Assembly: GCF_003148745.1 (NCBI RefSeq)
Contig: NZ_QGGU01000001.1
Span: forward strand, 11,536-75,535
DNA from: Pleionea mediterranea
GTDB lineage: Bacteria > Pseudomonadota > Gammaproteobacteria > Enterobacterales > Kangiellaceae
Direction of reading: 5' to 3'
DNA: 64,000 bases
The notes beneath the pieces are model-generated. The model had not been told where the DNA came from. It worked only from the letters and a program-made list of their open reading frames with translations, and searched no databases. A program made the position numbers and the translations under genes. Of the stretch, positions 22,013 to 32,944 are shown one piece after another. Every line of letters starts with the position of its first letter. Position 1 is the first letter of the stretch.

Positions 22013-24286
22013 ATGAACGATTTAAACAACGAATATGACACCGTCAAAGATCGAGTACGTCAACTGCTCGATAAGCAAACCGATAGTGGCCATCACACAT
22101 TCAGGAAAATCAAAGACTTAGCGGCAAAGCAGGGGATCGCCATTGGCGGTATCTCGGTGATTCTGGCCGTGGTGATGATCTTTTTCTATCTGCTGTATGT
22201 GGTGTTTCCAATTTTTAAAAGTGCGGAAATCCTTGAGCAGAAGACCTATCCTGTGGCGGTTGAGTCGTCGGTTTTATGGGGCATGGAAGAATACGGTGAA
22301 ATTGGCTTTCAATTAAAAGCCGATGGTGTTTTTTCTTATTTTGATGCCCTGACCGGTGACAACCTGTCAACTCACACTCTGTCGCTTGAGCCGGGTGAAA
22401 CAGTTACTGCTGCTCAGTTTGCCAGCCATGAAGAAAACCTGGTTATTCTGGGGTTATCGTCAGGTCGTATTTTATTGATTAAACAGGCTTTTCGCCTGAG
22501 CTACCCCGATGGTGTGCGTAAAATCACGCCGGATATTGAATACCCGTTTGGTCAGGACGGTTATGAGTTACATGATGGCCCGATTAAGAAAATATCTGCA
22601 GCAAAAAGCGAAGAGTATTTAAGTATTATCGCATCCGATGGTGATAAAACCATCCGCTACGTTCGTTATATGCTGGAAGAGTCATTCCTGACTGATGAAG
22701 TCACTTTATCTGAGCTGAATGATCAAACCATTGACAGCGAAATATCGGCCGATTACCTGTTGCATGATCCCACCGGATCATGGGCTTATGTTATTTCCTC
22801 CAAAGGAGAACTGCAGAGTTACTGGATGGAAGATGATGAGCTGGTGAGCAATGAACGCTTATCGTTAACCACTCAAAATGTACAGATTACCGATGTGAAA
22901 TTTTTGCTGGGTGGTATTTCGTTACTGGTGGGTGATTCCAAAGGTGATATTCATCAATGGTTCCCGGTAAGGGATGAAACCAATACGTATCGGCTGCAAA
23001 ATATTCGAACCTTTGAGTTCAGCGAACACCCCATCAAAACCATTTATCCTGAAATGCGCCGTAAAGGATTTTTAGCGCTGGACGGTAACAATCAACTGGG
23101 TATTTTTTACGCCACTTCTCATCGCACGGTGTTAACCCACACAATGGAAAATTTGACGCCGGAATCCGAGCTGACGATTAATTCAAGAGCCAACCATATT
23201 TTGATTTCGGGTAATGGGCAATTACAAAGCTGGCAGGTGGAAAATGAACACCCAGATTTATCCTGGTCGGCGCTTTGGGGCGAAGTCTGGTACGAGAGTT
23301 ATCCAGAGCCACAATTCACTTGGCAGTCATCGGCTTCTACGACCGATTTTGAAGCCAAGTTTTCTCTGGTGCCGCTAAGTTTCGGTACGTTAAAAGCGGC
23401 GTTCTATGCCATGTTATTTGCTATGCCTTTGGCCATTTGTGGCGCAATTTTTACCGCTTATTTTATGGCGCCAAAAATGCGCACCATGGTGAAGCCGACG
23501 GTTGAAGTTATGGAAGCATTACCAACGGTTATTTTAGGGTTTATGGCCGGTTTGTGGCTTGCGCCGGTGATGGAAGACAATTTGCCGGGCGTGTTTATGA
23601 TGCTAATGTTTTTGCCCATTTTTATAGTGGCGTTTGGTTTTGCCTGGCATTACATGCCCTCGGTTATTAAGCACAGCATTCCCGATGGTTGGCAAGCCGC
23701 GTTATTGATCCCGGTCATTTTGCTGGTGAGCTGGTTGTGTCTTGAGTTCAGTTATCCCATCGAAAAATTATTATTCGATGGCGACATGAGAGTCTGGCTT
23801 GAATCCATGGGGATTGATTATGATCAACGCAACTCATTGGTGGTCGGTATTGCCATGGGCTTTGCGGTTATTCCTACCATTTTTTCCATCGCGGAAGATG
23901 CCATCTTCAGTGTGCCACGTCACTTAACCAATGGTTCATTAGCGCTTGGTGCCAGTACCTGGCAGACACTGGTTCGTGTGGTGTTACCTACGGCAAGTCC
24001 GGGAATTTTTTCTGCGGTAATGATAGGGCTCGGTCGCGCCGTGGGTGAAACCATGATCGTACTGATGGCGACCGGTAATACGCCGATCATGGAAGCTAAT
24101 ATATTTGAAGGCATGCGAACTTTGTCGGCCAATATTGCGGTAGAGATGCCCGAGTCAGAAGTTGGCTCGTCACATTATCGTGTCTTGTTTTTAGCCGGTT
24201 TTGTCTTGTTTGTGTTTACCTTTGTATTTAACACATTGGCTGAAAACATCCGTCATCGTTTGCGTCGCAAATACGGTTCACTTTAA
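22013..24286 (+). CDS. pstC: Phosphate ABC transporter permease PstC, long form with ~400-aa periplasmic insertion
   Basis: 757 aa. One N-terminal TM, a large periplasmic domain, then the C-terminal permease core ...GIAMGFAVIPTIFSIAEDAIFSVPRHLTNGSLALGAS... (EAA-like loop). Followed by pstA and pstB. Confidence 0.85.
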   Translation: MNDLNNEYDTVKDRVRQLLDKQTDSGHHTFRKIKDLAAKQGIAIGGISVILAVVMIFFYLLYVVFPIFKSAEILEQKTYPVAVESSVLWGMEEYGEIGFQLKADGVFSYFDALTGDNLSTHTLSLEPGETVTAAQFASHEENLVILGLSSGRILLIKQAFRLSYPDGVRKITPDIEYPFGQDGYELHDGPIKKISAAKSEEYLSIIASDGDKTIRYVRYMLEESFLTDEVTLSELNDQTIDSEISADYLLHDPTGSWAYVISSKGELQSYWMEDDELVSNERLSLTTQNVQITDVKFLLGGISLLVGDSKGDIHQWFPVRDETNTYRLQNIRTFEFSEHPIKTIYPEMRRKGFLALDGNNQLGIFYATSHRTVLTHTMENLTPESELTINSRANHILISGNGQLQSWQVENEHPDLSWSALWGEVWYESYPEPQFTWQSSASTTDFEAKFSLVPLSFGTLKAAFYAMLFAMPLAICGAIFTAYFMAPKMRTMVKPTVEVMEALPTVILGFMAGLWLAPVMEDNLPGVFMMLMFLPIFIVAFGFAWHYMPSVIKHSIPDGWQAALLIPVILLVSWLCLEFSYPIEKLLFDGDMRVWLESMGIDYDQRNSLVVGIAMGFAVIPTIFSIAEDAIFSVPRHLTNGSLALGASTWQTLVRVVLPTASPGIFSAVMIGLGRAVGETMIVLMATGNTPIMEANIFEGMRTLSANIAVEMPESEVGSSHYRVLFLAGFVLFVFTFVFNTLAENIRHRLRRKYGSL

Positions 24287-24310
24287 CAAATTTCTAATCA
24301 GGCTATAAAA

Positions 24311-25936
24311 ATGAGAGAAAAGTTTTTTAAATCAGGTGAACATTGGGTTTGGTTTAATGCCGGCGCAATAGCCATTTCTATCATAATGGTAGTGAGCTTG
24401 ATCGCATTGATCGCGATTAGAGGTTTGAGCCATTTTTGGCCCGCCAATGTTCATGTGTATCAAACTCAACTGGATAATGGTACTCAGCAATTATCCATGG
24501 GTGAATTGTATGATGAAGAAGTGCCCAAGGGCGCTGATCCGGCGGTAGAAAAGCAAATACTGCTAAAAGTGGGCAATCGTGATCTTTATGGTCTGGACTT
24601 TCGCTGGTTAAAAGCACGTAACATCACCGATGTTTCCATGCGCGAAGATGTTATGGTGATTGAGCGTCGTGAGTGGGGCAACTTTTACGGGTTTGTTGAA
24701 AATGTTCGCTTCGATGGAAAAAACTATTCGGTTAACGATGAGACTTTTTATGAAAAGTTTCAGATGGCCATTGATCGGGCCAATGAGTTGCACGATACGG
24801 TAAAGGATTTGGAAAAAGGTGACATTGGCTCCATTAATTATCAGTTGGAGCAACTTCGGCTGGATCGTCGCCGATTAGAACTTGAAAACGAAGCCACCGA
24901 TGAAGCGTTGGCGGATATTGCTCAACGCGAACAAGCATTAAAAGACGAGTTTGAAGTGTTGCAGGCAGAAATGTTTGCCATCTATGACAAGGCGAATCGC
25001 GACAGTGTTGATGTGGTGACCATTGATGGTAAGCCATTAACCATTAAAGCATCCAACATTGTTATGGCGTTGCAGCCAAATCAAATGAGCTGGATTGAAA
25101 AAGTAGGACACTATTTTATAAAAGTGGCCGAGTTTATTTTTGATGAGCCCCGTGAAGCGAATACCGAAGGTGGCGTTTTTCCTGCAATTTTTGGCACGGT
25201 CATGATGGTTATTTTAATGTCTATCATGGTGACACCTTTTGGTGTGGTCGCTGCAGTTTATTTGCATGAATACGCGAAACAGGGTTTCTTAACTCGTACC
25301 ATTCGTATCGCGGTGAATAACCTGGCGGGGGTTCCTTCCATTGTTTATGGTGTGTTTGGTCTGGGCTTTTTTGTTTACTTTTTAGGTGGAAGTATTGATG
25401 AGCTGTTCTATCCGGAAGCAAAGCCTGCTCCAACGTTTGGCACCTCCGGCTTACTCTGGGCTTCTATTACATTAGCGTTGTTGACACTACCGGTTGTGAT
25501 TGTTTCAACCGAAGAAGGCTTATCCCGTATTCCCAAATCGATTCGTGAAGGATCATTGGCGTTAGGCGCAACCAAAGTTGAAACTTTATGGCGTACCGTT
25601 TTACCCATGGCAAGTCCCGCGATGATGACGGGATTAATTCTTGCCATTGCACGTGCTGCAGGTGAAGTTGCTCCGTTAATGCTGGTCGGTGTGGTAAAGC
25701 TGGCACCAACGTTGCCGCTCGATGGTAATGCGCCTTTCATTCATCTGGAACGAAAGTTTATGCATCTGGGCTTTCACATTTATGATGTGGGTTTTCAAAG
25801 TCCTAATGTCGAGGCGGCACGGCCATTGGTTTATGCCACCGCATTTTTATTGGTATTGGTAATTATTTTATTGAACATAACCGCAATTAAAATTCGAAAT
25901 CGATTGCGCGAAAAATACAAGTCACTGGAGCATTAA
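24311..25936 (+). CDS. pstA: Phosphate ABC transporter permease PstA, long form
   Basis: 541 aa. N-terminal TM, a periplasmic/coiled-coil insertion, then the permease core with ...SIREGSLALGATKVETLWRTVLPMASPAMMTGLILAIARAAGE... Confidence 0.85.
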   Translation: MREKFFKSGEHWVWFNAGAIAISIIMVVSLIALIAIRGLSHFWPANVHVYQTQLDNGTQQLSMGELYDEEVPKGADPAVEKQILLKVGNRDLYGLDFRWLKARNITDVSMREDVMVIERREWGNFYGFVENVRFDGKNYSVNDETFYEKFQMAIDRANELHDTVKDLEKGDIGSINYQLEQLRLDRRRLELENEATDEALADIAQREQALKDEFEVLQAEMFAIYDKANRDSVDVVTIDGKPLTIKASNIVMALQPNQMSWIEKVGHYFIKVAEFIFDEPREANTEGGVFPAIFGTVMMVILMSIMVTPFGVVAAVYLHEYAKQGFLTRTIRIAVNNLAGVPSIVYGVFGLGFFVYFLGGSIDELFYPEAKPAPTFGTSGLLWASITLALLTLPVVIVSTEEGLSRIPKSIREGSLALGATKVETLWRTVLPMASPAMMTGLILAIARAAGEVAPLMLVGVVKLAPTLPLDGNAPFIHLERKFMHLGFHIYDVGFQSPNVEAARPLVYATAFLLVLVIILLNITAIKIRNRLREKYKSLEH

Positions 25937-25997
25937 GTTTGGTTTTTGGAGCAATGGTAACTTGGGCAATTAATTTTGAATCAAAGCAGGTGAAAAG

Positions 25998-26828
25998 ATG
26001 ACTACAGACGTAACACTCGATTTAACAAAAGAAAACTCTAATGATGGCGTTAATTTTGACGCGGTAAAAGATGAGACGATAGCGCTTAAAGTAGAAGATT
26101 TAAATCTTTACTATGATAAGAAACAGGCGCTGAATAATATCAATCTTCATATACCGGAGAAAAAAGTAACGGCGTTTATTGGGCCGAGTGGTTGTGGTAA
26201 GTCAACTTTGTTGCGTTGTTTTAACCGTATGAATGATCTGGTCGATATTGCCCGGGTTGAAGGCGCGATAAAACTTCACGATAACAACATCTACGGCAAA
26301 GACGTTAATGTGGCAGATTTGCGCCGAAACGTGGGTATGGTATTCCAGAAACCAAATCCATTTCCTAAATCAATTTATGAAAATGTTGCTTACGGATTAA
26401 GACTTCAAGGGATTAATAAACGCAGCGTATTGGATGAAGTGGTTGAGTGGGCATTAAAAGGTGCCGCGCTTTGGGACGAAGTAAAAGACCGTCTGGATGA
26501 AAACGCATTAGGATTATCCGGTGGTCAGCAACAACGACTGGTCATTGCGCGCTCCATTGCGGTACAACCGGAAGTATTATTGCTGGATGAGCCTGCGTCA
26601 GCACTGGATCCTATATCAACTCTTAAAATTGAAGAGTTGATCCATGATCTTAAAGATCAATACACCATTGTCATAGTGACACACAACATGCAGCAAGCGG
26701 CTCGTGTGTCTGACTATACGGCATTTATGTTTATGGGTGATCTGGTAGAGTTTGATGAAACCGATGTGATTTTTACCAATCCTCGTAAAAAGAAAACCGA
26801 AGATTATATTACCGGACGTTATGGTTAG
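25998..26828 (+). CDS. pstB: Phosphate import ATP-binding protein PstB
   Basis: 276 aa. Walker [13 protein letters not shown] signature LSGGQQQRL, Walker B LLLDEP. Confidence 0.95.
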   Translation: MTTDVTLDLTKENSNDGVNFDAVKDETIALKVEDLNLYYDKKQALNNINLHIPEKKVTAFIGPSGCGKSTLLRCFNRMNDLVDIARVEGAIKLHDNNIYGKDVNVADLRRNVGMVFQKPNPFPKSIYENVAYGLRLQGINKRSVLDEVVEWALKGAALWDEVKDRLDENALGLSGGQQQRLVIARSIAVQPEVLLLDEPASALDPISTLKIEELIHDLKDQYTIVIVTHNMQQAARVSDYTAFMFMGDLVEFDETDVIFTNPRKKKTEDYITGRYG

Positions 26829-26891
26829 TGGTTATGTTGTCTATCAGCCATATTAAAAATTTAAACACTGCTATTAAAGGTGGTTAGTAAC

Positions 26892-27626
26892 ATGGATAAA
26901 AGTCTATTTACCAAACATATATCGCAAAAGTTCAATCAGGAACTGGAAAACGTGCGACAACGCGTGTTAACCATGGGCGGTATGGTTGAAGAACAAATTG
27001 GCGACTCACTGGAAGCTTTGGCATCGCTTGATTCAAATTTATGTAAAAAAGTTATTGAGCGTGATGAAAAAGTGAATGCTTACGAAGTGAGCATTGATGA
27101 AGAGTGTGCTCGCATATTGGCTAAACGACAACCGGCAGCCGGTGATTTGCGATTGGTGGTTGCCATTATTAAAACCATCACAGACCTGGAACGTATTGGT
27201 GATGAAGCGGAAAAAATTGCCCACATGGCAAATCACATTGCTTTATCGCTTGAAGATTCCATGCCATCGAAAAAACAGTTTGGTGCGGTTATGCATTTGG
27301 GCAGCCATGTAAAAACCATGTTAAATGAAGCGCTAGATGCGTTTGCTCGACTCGACGTGGAAGCAGCGTTAAAAGTTGCGCAAAAAGAAACAACGGCGGA
27401 TAAAGAATATAACGCAATCACTCGCCAACTGATCACTTATATGATGGAAGATCCTCGCAGCATAACTTCGGCTCTGGATGTTATGTGGTCGGCCCGTGCA
27501 CTGGAACGAATTGGTGATCACGCGCGAAATATTTGTGAGTACGTAATTTATCTGGTTGAAGGTAAAGATGTACGTCATGTAAGTCTTGAAGAAATGGAAA
27601 AGCTGGCGCAAGGGCGTCAGGAGTAA
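26892..27626 (+). CDS. phoU: Phosphate transport system regulator PhoU
   Basis: MDKSLFTKHISQKFNQELENVRQRVLTMGGMVEEQ... aligns with E. coli PhoU (MDSLNLNKHISGQFNAELE...). The ORF-track start at 26880 adds 4 residues; the ATG at 26892 is preferred. Confidence 0.9.
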   Translation: MDKSLFTKHISQKFNQELENVRQRVLTMGGMVEEQIGDSLEALASLDSNLCKKVIERDEKVNAYEVSIDEECARILAKRQPAAGDLRLVVAIIKTITDLERIGDEAEKIAHMANHIALSLEDSMPSKKQFGAVMHLGSHVKTMLNEALDAFARLDVEAALKVAQKETTADKEYNAITRQLITYMMEDPRSITSALDVMWSARALERIGDHARNICEYVIYLVEGKDVRHVSLEEMEKLAQGRQE

Positions 27627-27692
27627 TACTGAAATTTAGGGTTGTGATGTTCTAATTTATATTAATGGAAAGTGACAATTAAAGGTTAAGTT

Positions 27693-28388
27693 ATGAGTGC
27701 AACAATAATGGTTGTAGAAGACGAGCGCGACATTCGAGAGATGCTGGTTTTCTCACTCGAGCAAGCTGGATATTCAACACTTCAGGCAGGAACGGCTGAA
27801 AAAGCCTTATCACTGCTGCAGGAAGAAACTATTCCTGATTTGTTACTGGTAGACTGGATGTTGCCTGGTGCATCAGGCATTGAAATGACCCGTAAGGTTA
27901 AAAAAAATAATCAGTTTAAAGAAGTGCCGGTGATTATGTTAACGGCACGAGGGGAAGAAGACGACCGAATTAAAGGGCTGGATGCCGGTGCTGACGATTA
28001 CGTAATAAAACCTTTTTCACCTCGAGAATTAATGGCGCGTATTCGAGCAGTACTCAGAAGAACCGACCCCAGCGTTTCTGAAGAAAAAGTCATTGAGTCA
28101 GGACGATTAAAAGTGGATACCGCCAGCTACCGGGTATCCGTTGAAGGGCAAACCGTTAAAATGGGGCCAACCGAATACAAACTGATGTTGTTTTTTCTGG
28201 AGCATCAAGAACGTGTCTTTACCCGTGGTCAATTACTTGATTCCGTTTGGGGGCATCAGGTGATAGTCGAAGAACGTACGGTGGATGTTCACATACGACG
28301 TTTACGTAAAGCGCTTGCGCCCTACGGTATTGAGAATTATGTGCAAACTGTGCGTGGTGCTGGGTATCGCTTTTCACATCGTAGTTAA
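27693..28388 (+). CDS. phoB: Phosphate regulon response regulator PhoB
   Basis: 231 aa. MSATIMVVEDERDIREMLVFSLEQAGY... compares with E. coli [27 protein letters not shown]. An OmpR-type winged helix sits at the C-terminus. Confidence 0.93.
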   Translation: MSATIMVVEDERDIREMLVFSLEQAGYSTLQAGTAEKALSLLQEETIPDLLLVDWMLPGASGIEMTRKVKKNNQFKEVPVIMLTARGEEDDRIKGLDAGADDYVIKPFSPRELMARIRAVLRRTDPSVSEEKVIESGRLKVDTASYRVSVEGQTVKMGPTEYKLMLFFLEHQERVFTRGQLLDSVWGHQVIVEERTVDVHIRRLRKALAPYGIENYVQTVRGAGYRFSHRS

Positions 28389-28427
28389 TCGCTAAGTCGA
28401 TGAATAAGTGGCAACAAAGGAGACGTA

Positions 28428-29714
28428 ATGAGTAGCTTTCGCTATTGGGGTGTCGAGATTTGGTTTGTCTCTTTAATTTCATCGGTTGCGATTTTAATTG
28501 GTCTGTTTACAGGCTATACCGGCGAGATTTTATTTTTGCTGGTAGCCGCTTATCTGGCCTGGCATTTACGACAAATTTATCGATTAAAATATTGGCTCAC
28601 CAAGTCCCGTGATCTTTACCCGCCAGATTCGCAAGGGATCTGGAGTGATATTTTTCACAGCATTTACTTATTACAAAAACGCAATCGTAAATCGAGAAAG
28701 CGTTTAACCAACATACTCAGTGAATTTCGAGCGTCAACGGCAGCCTTGCCTGATGGTGCCATTGTGTTGGGGAAGCTGAGCGACATTATCTGGTTTAACC
28801 GCTCCGCTGAACTGCTGCTTGGTTTTAATACGAAACAGGATATTGGTCAACGCATTAGTAACTTGATCCGAAACCCTCGGTTTGTGAATTATTTAAACAG
28901 TGGTGATTACAGCCTGCCCATTGAAATGACCTCGCCAATTGACGATGACGTTAAATTGAGTTTTCGGTTAACCACCTATAATAAAAATCAACGATTACTG
29001 ATTGTTCGTAACATCAGTCGAATTTATCAACTGGAAAAAATTCGTCAGGACTTTGTGGCCAATGTATCCCATGAACTTAGAACGCCATTAACGGTGGTTA
29101 ATGGCTACGTTGAAATCTTCGCTGACTCCAAAGATCAATTGCCAGCATTTTTTGGTCGCCCTATCGATCAAATGGGGCAGCAGGTTTTGCGTATGCGTTC
29201 ACTGGTGGATGATTTATTAACCTTATCGAAACTGGAGTCGGGCGATGATGCCTCGCGAAACGATAAAGTTAAGCCTCATATTGTGCTTAAACGAATTGCC
29301 GAAGAAGCACGGGCTTTAAGTGATAGTAAACACACCATTGAGTTTAAGTGTGATACCGAATCTGCCATTCTTGGTAACGAAAAAGAGCTGCACAGTGCTT
29401 TCTCTAACTTGGTGTTTAATGCCGTTAGGTACACTCCAGAAGGCGGCACGATTACTATCGGCTGGCAACAGGATCATCAGGGTTTAAAAATGTCGGTACA
29501 GGACACCGGGCCCGGAATTGATGCTGTACATATCCCAAGACTCACCGAACGTTTTTATCGTGTGGATGATGGCCGAGATCGCGAAGTGGGCGGAACTGGG
29601 CTTGGCCTTGCTATTGTGAAACATATACTGGAAGGGCATGGTTCTGAGCTGCGCATTGAAAGCGAGCTGGGTCGTGGCAGTTGTTTTTATTGTTACTTTA
29701 TTGCTGCTGACTGA
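28428..29714 (+). CDS. phoR: Phosphate regulon sensor histidine kinase PhoR
   Basis: 428 aa. H-box FVANVSHELRTPLTVVNGY and the C-terminal ...GGTGLGLAIVKHILEGHGSELRIESELGRGS are closely parallel to E. coli PhoR. Confidence 0.93.
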   Translation: MSSFRYWGVEIWFVSLISSVAILIGLFTGYTGEILFLLVAAYLAWHLRQIYRLKYWLTKSRDLYPPDSQGIWSDIFHSIYLLQKRNRKSRKRLTNILSEFRASTAALPDGAIVLGKLSDIIWFNRSAELLLGFNTKQDIGQRISNLIRNPRFVNYLNSGDYSLPIEMTSPIDDDVKLSFRLTTYNKNQRLLIVRNISRIYQLEKIRQDFVANVSHELRTPLTVVNGYVEIFADSKDQLPAFFGRPIDQMGQQVLRMRSLVDDLLTLSKLESGDDASRNDKVKPHIVLKRIAEEARALSDSKHTIEFKCDTESAILGNEKELHSAFSNLVFNAVRYTPEGGTITIGWQQDHQGLKMSVQDTGPGIDAVHIPRLTERFYRVDDGRDREVGGTGLGLAIVKHILEGHGSELRIESELGRGSCFYCYFIAAD

Positions 29715-29958
29715 GTATAAGAATCAAAAGTTGATTGTTAAAGTTATTTGAAAAACTTTTAATCCACAGTAAAAGCGTTAAAAAAGCGCGATAAAAGTGT
29801 CACATAAGGCTTAATAACATCAAGCAATAGTCTTCTAACCTGTTGATAAATCAATTAAATTATATTTTTTCTAATCTGTCATAAAAACGAAATATAACCA
29901 CCTTACTATGGACGCATCCAAGTTAAGGGTACAACAAATTAAATTTTGGGAGAGTATG

Positions 29959-30921
29959 ATGAAATTATTTAAAAATATTGCCATTGCTGCCGGTATGTCG
30001 GCTGCTCTGGTTAGCACATCAGTTAACGCTGGTGCAGAAGTTGATAAGAACTTGCCAACTTACGAAAAAACCAGTGGTATTTCTGGTAACTTATCGTCGG
30101 TTGGTTCCGATACATTAGCAAATCTTATGACCTTCTGGGCAGAAGAATATAAGCGCATGTATCCGAATGTGAACATTCAAATTCAGGCGGCTGGATCCTC
30201 TACGGCACCTCCTGCGTTAACGCAAGGAACCTCTAATTTTGGCCCAATGAGCCGTCAAATGAAATCTAAAGAATCGGCTGCGTTTGAGAAAAAGCACGGT
30301 TATAAGCCGATGGCTATACCGGTTGCGATTGACGCCCTGGCGGTTTACGTCAACAAAGATAACCCAATTGAAGGGTTAACCATTCCACAGGTTGACGCTA
30401 TTTTTTCTTCAACCCGTAAATGTAAAGCCGATGCTGACATTTCCAACTGGGACGCATTAGGTATTAAAGATTTGGGTGATATTCAATTATTTGGTCGTAA
30501 CTCAGTGTCAGGTACTTACGGTTACTTCAAAAAGAAAGCGCTTTGTAAGGGCGATTTTAAAAACAGTGTTAATGAACAGCCAGGTTCCGCTGCTGTTGTA
30601 CAGGCCATCAGTCAGTCTAAAAATGGCATTGGCTACTCAGGTATTGGTTACATCACTTCCGGTGTTCGACTGGTGCCTCTTGCGAAAAAAGAAGGTCAAC
30701 CGTTTGTTGCAGCAACCCCTGAGAATGCATTAAATGGAAAATTCCCTCTGAGCCGTTACTTGTATATGTACGTGAACAAGCATCCTAATAAACCATTGCA
30801 GCCACTTGAGCGTGAGTTTATTAAAATGGTGTTGTCGAAAGTTGGTCAGGAAATCGTTGTTAAAGATGGTTATGTACCTTTACCTGCCAATGTTGCAGAA
30901 AAGATTTTGAATCAAATTTAA
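29959..30921 (+). CDS. pstS: Periplasmic phosphate-binding protein PstS
   Basis: Signal peptide [24 protein letters not shown]. ...[24 protein letters not shown]... is the PBP-like phosphate-binding fold. The ORF track opens at 29908; the ATG at 29959 (after GGGAGAG) is more consistent with the signal peptide. Confidence 0.85.
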   Translation: MKLFKNIAIAAGMSAALVSTSVNAGAEVDKNLPTYEKTSGISGNLSSVGSDTLANLMTFWAEEYKRMYPNVNIQIQAAGSSTAPPALTQGTSNFGPMSRQMKSKESAAFEKKHGYKPMAIPVAIDALAVYVNKDNPIEGLTIPQVDAIFSSTRKCKADADISNWDALGIKDLGDIQLFGRNSVSGTYGYFKKKALCKGDFKNSVNEQPGSAAVVQAISQSKNGIGYSGIGYITSGVRLVPLAKKEGQPFVAATPENALNGKFPLSRYLYMYVNKHPNKPLQPLEREFIKMVLSKVGQEIVVKDGYVPLPANVAEKILNQI

Positions 30922-31001
30922 ATAACTTTCAGTCTGAATATCGTTCAGTCTAAAAAGACGTCCAGTCTGCAAAACGTTCGTCAATAAAAAGTTGTATGTT
31001 A

Positions 31002-31027
31002 AGCCCGCCTTATGGCGGGCTTTTTTA
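31002..31027 (+). terminator. Rho-independent terminator after pstS
   Basis: AGCCCGCCttatGGCGGGCT followed by TTTTTT. Confidence 0.8.
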
Positions 31028-31148
31028 TGGATGAACGAATGATCATAAATTCAGTTTAAGAATAAAAACTCGGCAAAGCCTGACATATTTTGTAATAAAT
31101 AGCGCAGAGCGATGACTAGGGAGTTATTAATAATGCAAGGAGAGTTTT

Positions 31149-32852
31149 ATGGTTTTAGCAATCATTTCGATTATTTTATTAGTAGTTGGTATCGGATCTG
31201 TCTTTTTTAATAAGGCGATTCCTGGAATAAAAGGATCCGCTGATAATCAGGGGAGGGCTTTAGCCGGCCGATTATTAGGTATTGTATTACTATTACTTGG
31301 CGGACTTGGTTTCTTTACCCGTTCGTTCTTAATCATTGACTCCAATGAAATTGGTCATTTAAAAAAGATATATCTGGGCAGCGACTTACCGGTGGGGAAA
31401 ATTATTGCAACCGATGGTGAAAAAGGGCCCCAGGCTGATATTTTAGGTCCCGGTTTTCACTTTAAATTTTTAGTTAATGTTTTATACGATTCTGATAAAT
31501 TAGACGTAGTGGTTGTTCCTGATGGCTCTTATGCAGAGTTAATTGCCACTGATGGAGAACCATTGCGTCCCGGGCAGTTTATTGCAGATGAATGGCCGGA
31601 AGAAAAATTTAAAAGTATGATGGATGCTACTTACTTTCTTACCGAAGGAAACGGACAAAAAGGGCCGCAGTTAACCATTTTGCCTCCGGGTAAATATCGT
31701 ATTAATCGTTATTTGTTTGATATAAAAATGCACCGAGCGCTGGATGTTCCTGCCGGGCATGTGGCGGTAATCCGTTCCAATGTGGCTGAGCAAAATAAAA
31801 ATTGCCCAGATGTTATTCAGGCGGCGGTAGGAGAGGCTAACTCTAAATTGGCAACGCCGATTGTTCCAAAAGGCTGTATTGGTGTTTGGAACGAGCCTTT
31901 GCCTCCCGGTAAATATTATCTGAATCAAAAAGCTTATGTGCCCACAATTATTCCAACGCGCATTCAAACCTGGACCTATAAAGGTGGGTATACCGAACGC
32001 GCGGTAAAGCTGGCATTAAACGATGATGGCAGCATTCTGCAAAAATTTACTGAAAAAGAAATTCCTATTCCAGATAGCGCTGCGGATAAAGCGATTAATG
32101 TTCGAGTTGAAGGCTGGGTTGTTCCGGTAGACGCCAGAATTCTGGTGTCCGTACAACCCAAGTTTGCGCCTATGGTGGTTGCAACGGTGGGTGACTTAAC
32201 AGCCGTTGAGGATAAAATTATCACGCCAGCGATTCGGGATATTCTAAGAACCATTGGTGGCCATCCTGAACGCAAAGCGCTCGACTTTATTGAAAAGCGT
32301 GATGATTTGGCGAAAGCGGTTGAGGAATCCATCGTTAAAGAAGGTCTTAAAGCCGGTGTTTCGATACAGGAAGTTCGGTTGGGTGAGCCCTCAATTCCAC
32401 CAGAGTTAATGGTGGCCCGATTGCGTGAACAGTTGGCGAACCAATTGAAAAAAACCTACCTTGAAGAGCAAAAAACGCAAAATGAGCGAATTAAAGTTGA
32501 GCGTGAACGTGCTTCTGCTAACCAGCAATCGGTATTAGTGGCGGCTGAAATTGCCAAGCAGGCGGCTGAGTTTAAGAAAGAACAGTTACGCTTAGAAGGT
32601 GAAGGTGAAAAGTTGCGACTGGTCGAAATTGCTCAGGGACAAAAAGCACAAGCCAAAGTACTGGGTGAAGATCGGGTACTTCAATTGCAGTTGCTAAAAG
32701 AAATTTTAGCCGTAGCGAAAGAAAATCCGGATATTATTAAAGTGCCGACGGTGCAAGTGTCTGGTGGAGCCAGTTCGTTAGAAGGCGCAGCAGCGGTATT
32801 GGGAGCGTCTAACTTTGGTCAGATGATGAAAACAAAGCCGAAAGGTAAATGA
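31149..32852 (+). CDS. Flotillin-like SPFH/band-7 membrane protein (YqiK-like)
   Basis: 567 aa. Two N-terminal TM segments, an SPFH-like start (IIDSNEIGHLKKIYLG...ILGPGFHFKF...), and a long C-terminal coiled coil rich in E/K/Q/A. Confidence 0.6.
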   Translation: MVLAIISIILLVVGIGSVFFNKAIPGIKGSADNQGRALAGRLLGIVLLLLGGLGFFTRSFLIIDSNEIGHLKKIYLGSDLPVGKIIATDGEKGPQADILGPGFHFKFLVNVLYDSDKLDVVVVPDGSYAELIATDGEPLRPGQFIADEWPEEKFKSMMDATYFLTEGNGQKGPQLTILPPGKYRINRYLFDIKMHRALDVPAGHVAVIRSNVAEQNKNCPDVIQAAVGEANSKLATPIVPKGCIGVWNEPLPPGKYYLNQKAYVPTIIPTRIQTWTYKGGYTERAVKLALNDDGSILQKFTEKEIPIPDSAADKAINVRVEGWVVPVDARILVSVQPKFAPMVVATVGDLTAVEDKIITPAIRDILRTIGGHPERKALDFIEKRDDLAKAVEESIVKEGLKAGVSIQEVRLGEPSIPPELMVARLREQLANQLKKTYLEEQKTQNERIKVERERASANQQSVLVAAEIAKQAAEFKKEQLRLEGEGEKLRLVEIAQGQKAQAKVLGEDRVLQLQLLKEILAVAKENPDIIKVPTVQVSGGASSLEGAAAVLGASNFGQMMKTKPKGK

Positions 32853-32944
32853 GTCTATTGAGCGACTGATAAAAATACGCCAATGCAGTATTTACTTTGA
32901 CTGTATTGGCGCTTTTTCCTGACTACTAATATTTGTCTCGACGT

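Noticed and set aside
29876-29893. Possible Pho box upstream of pstS (CTGTCAT-AAAA-ACGAAAT)
   Set aside because: Only the first half-site matches; the second half matches 3 of 7. It is too weak to call without a PWM score.
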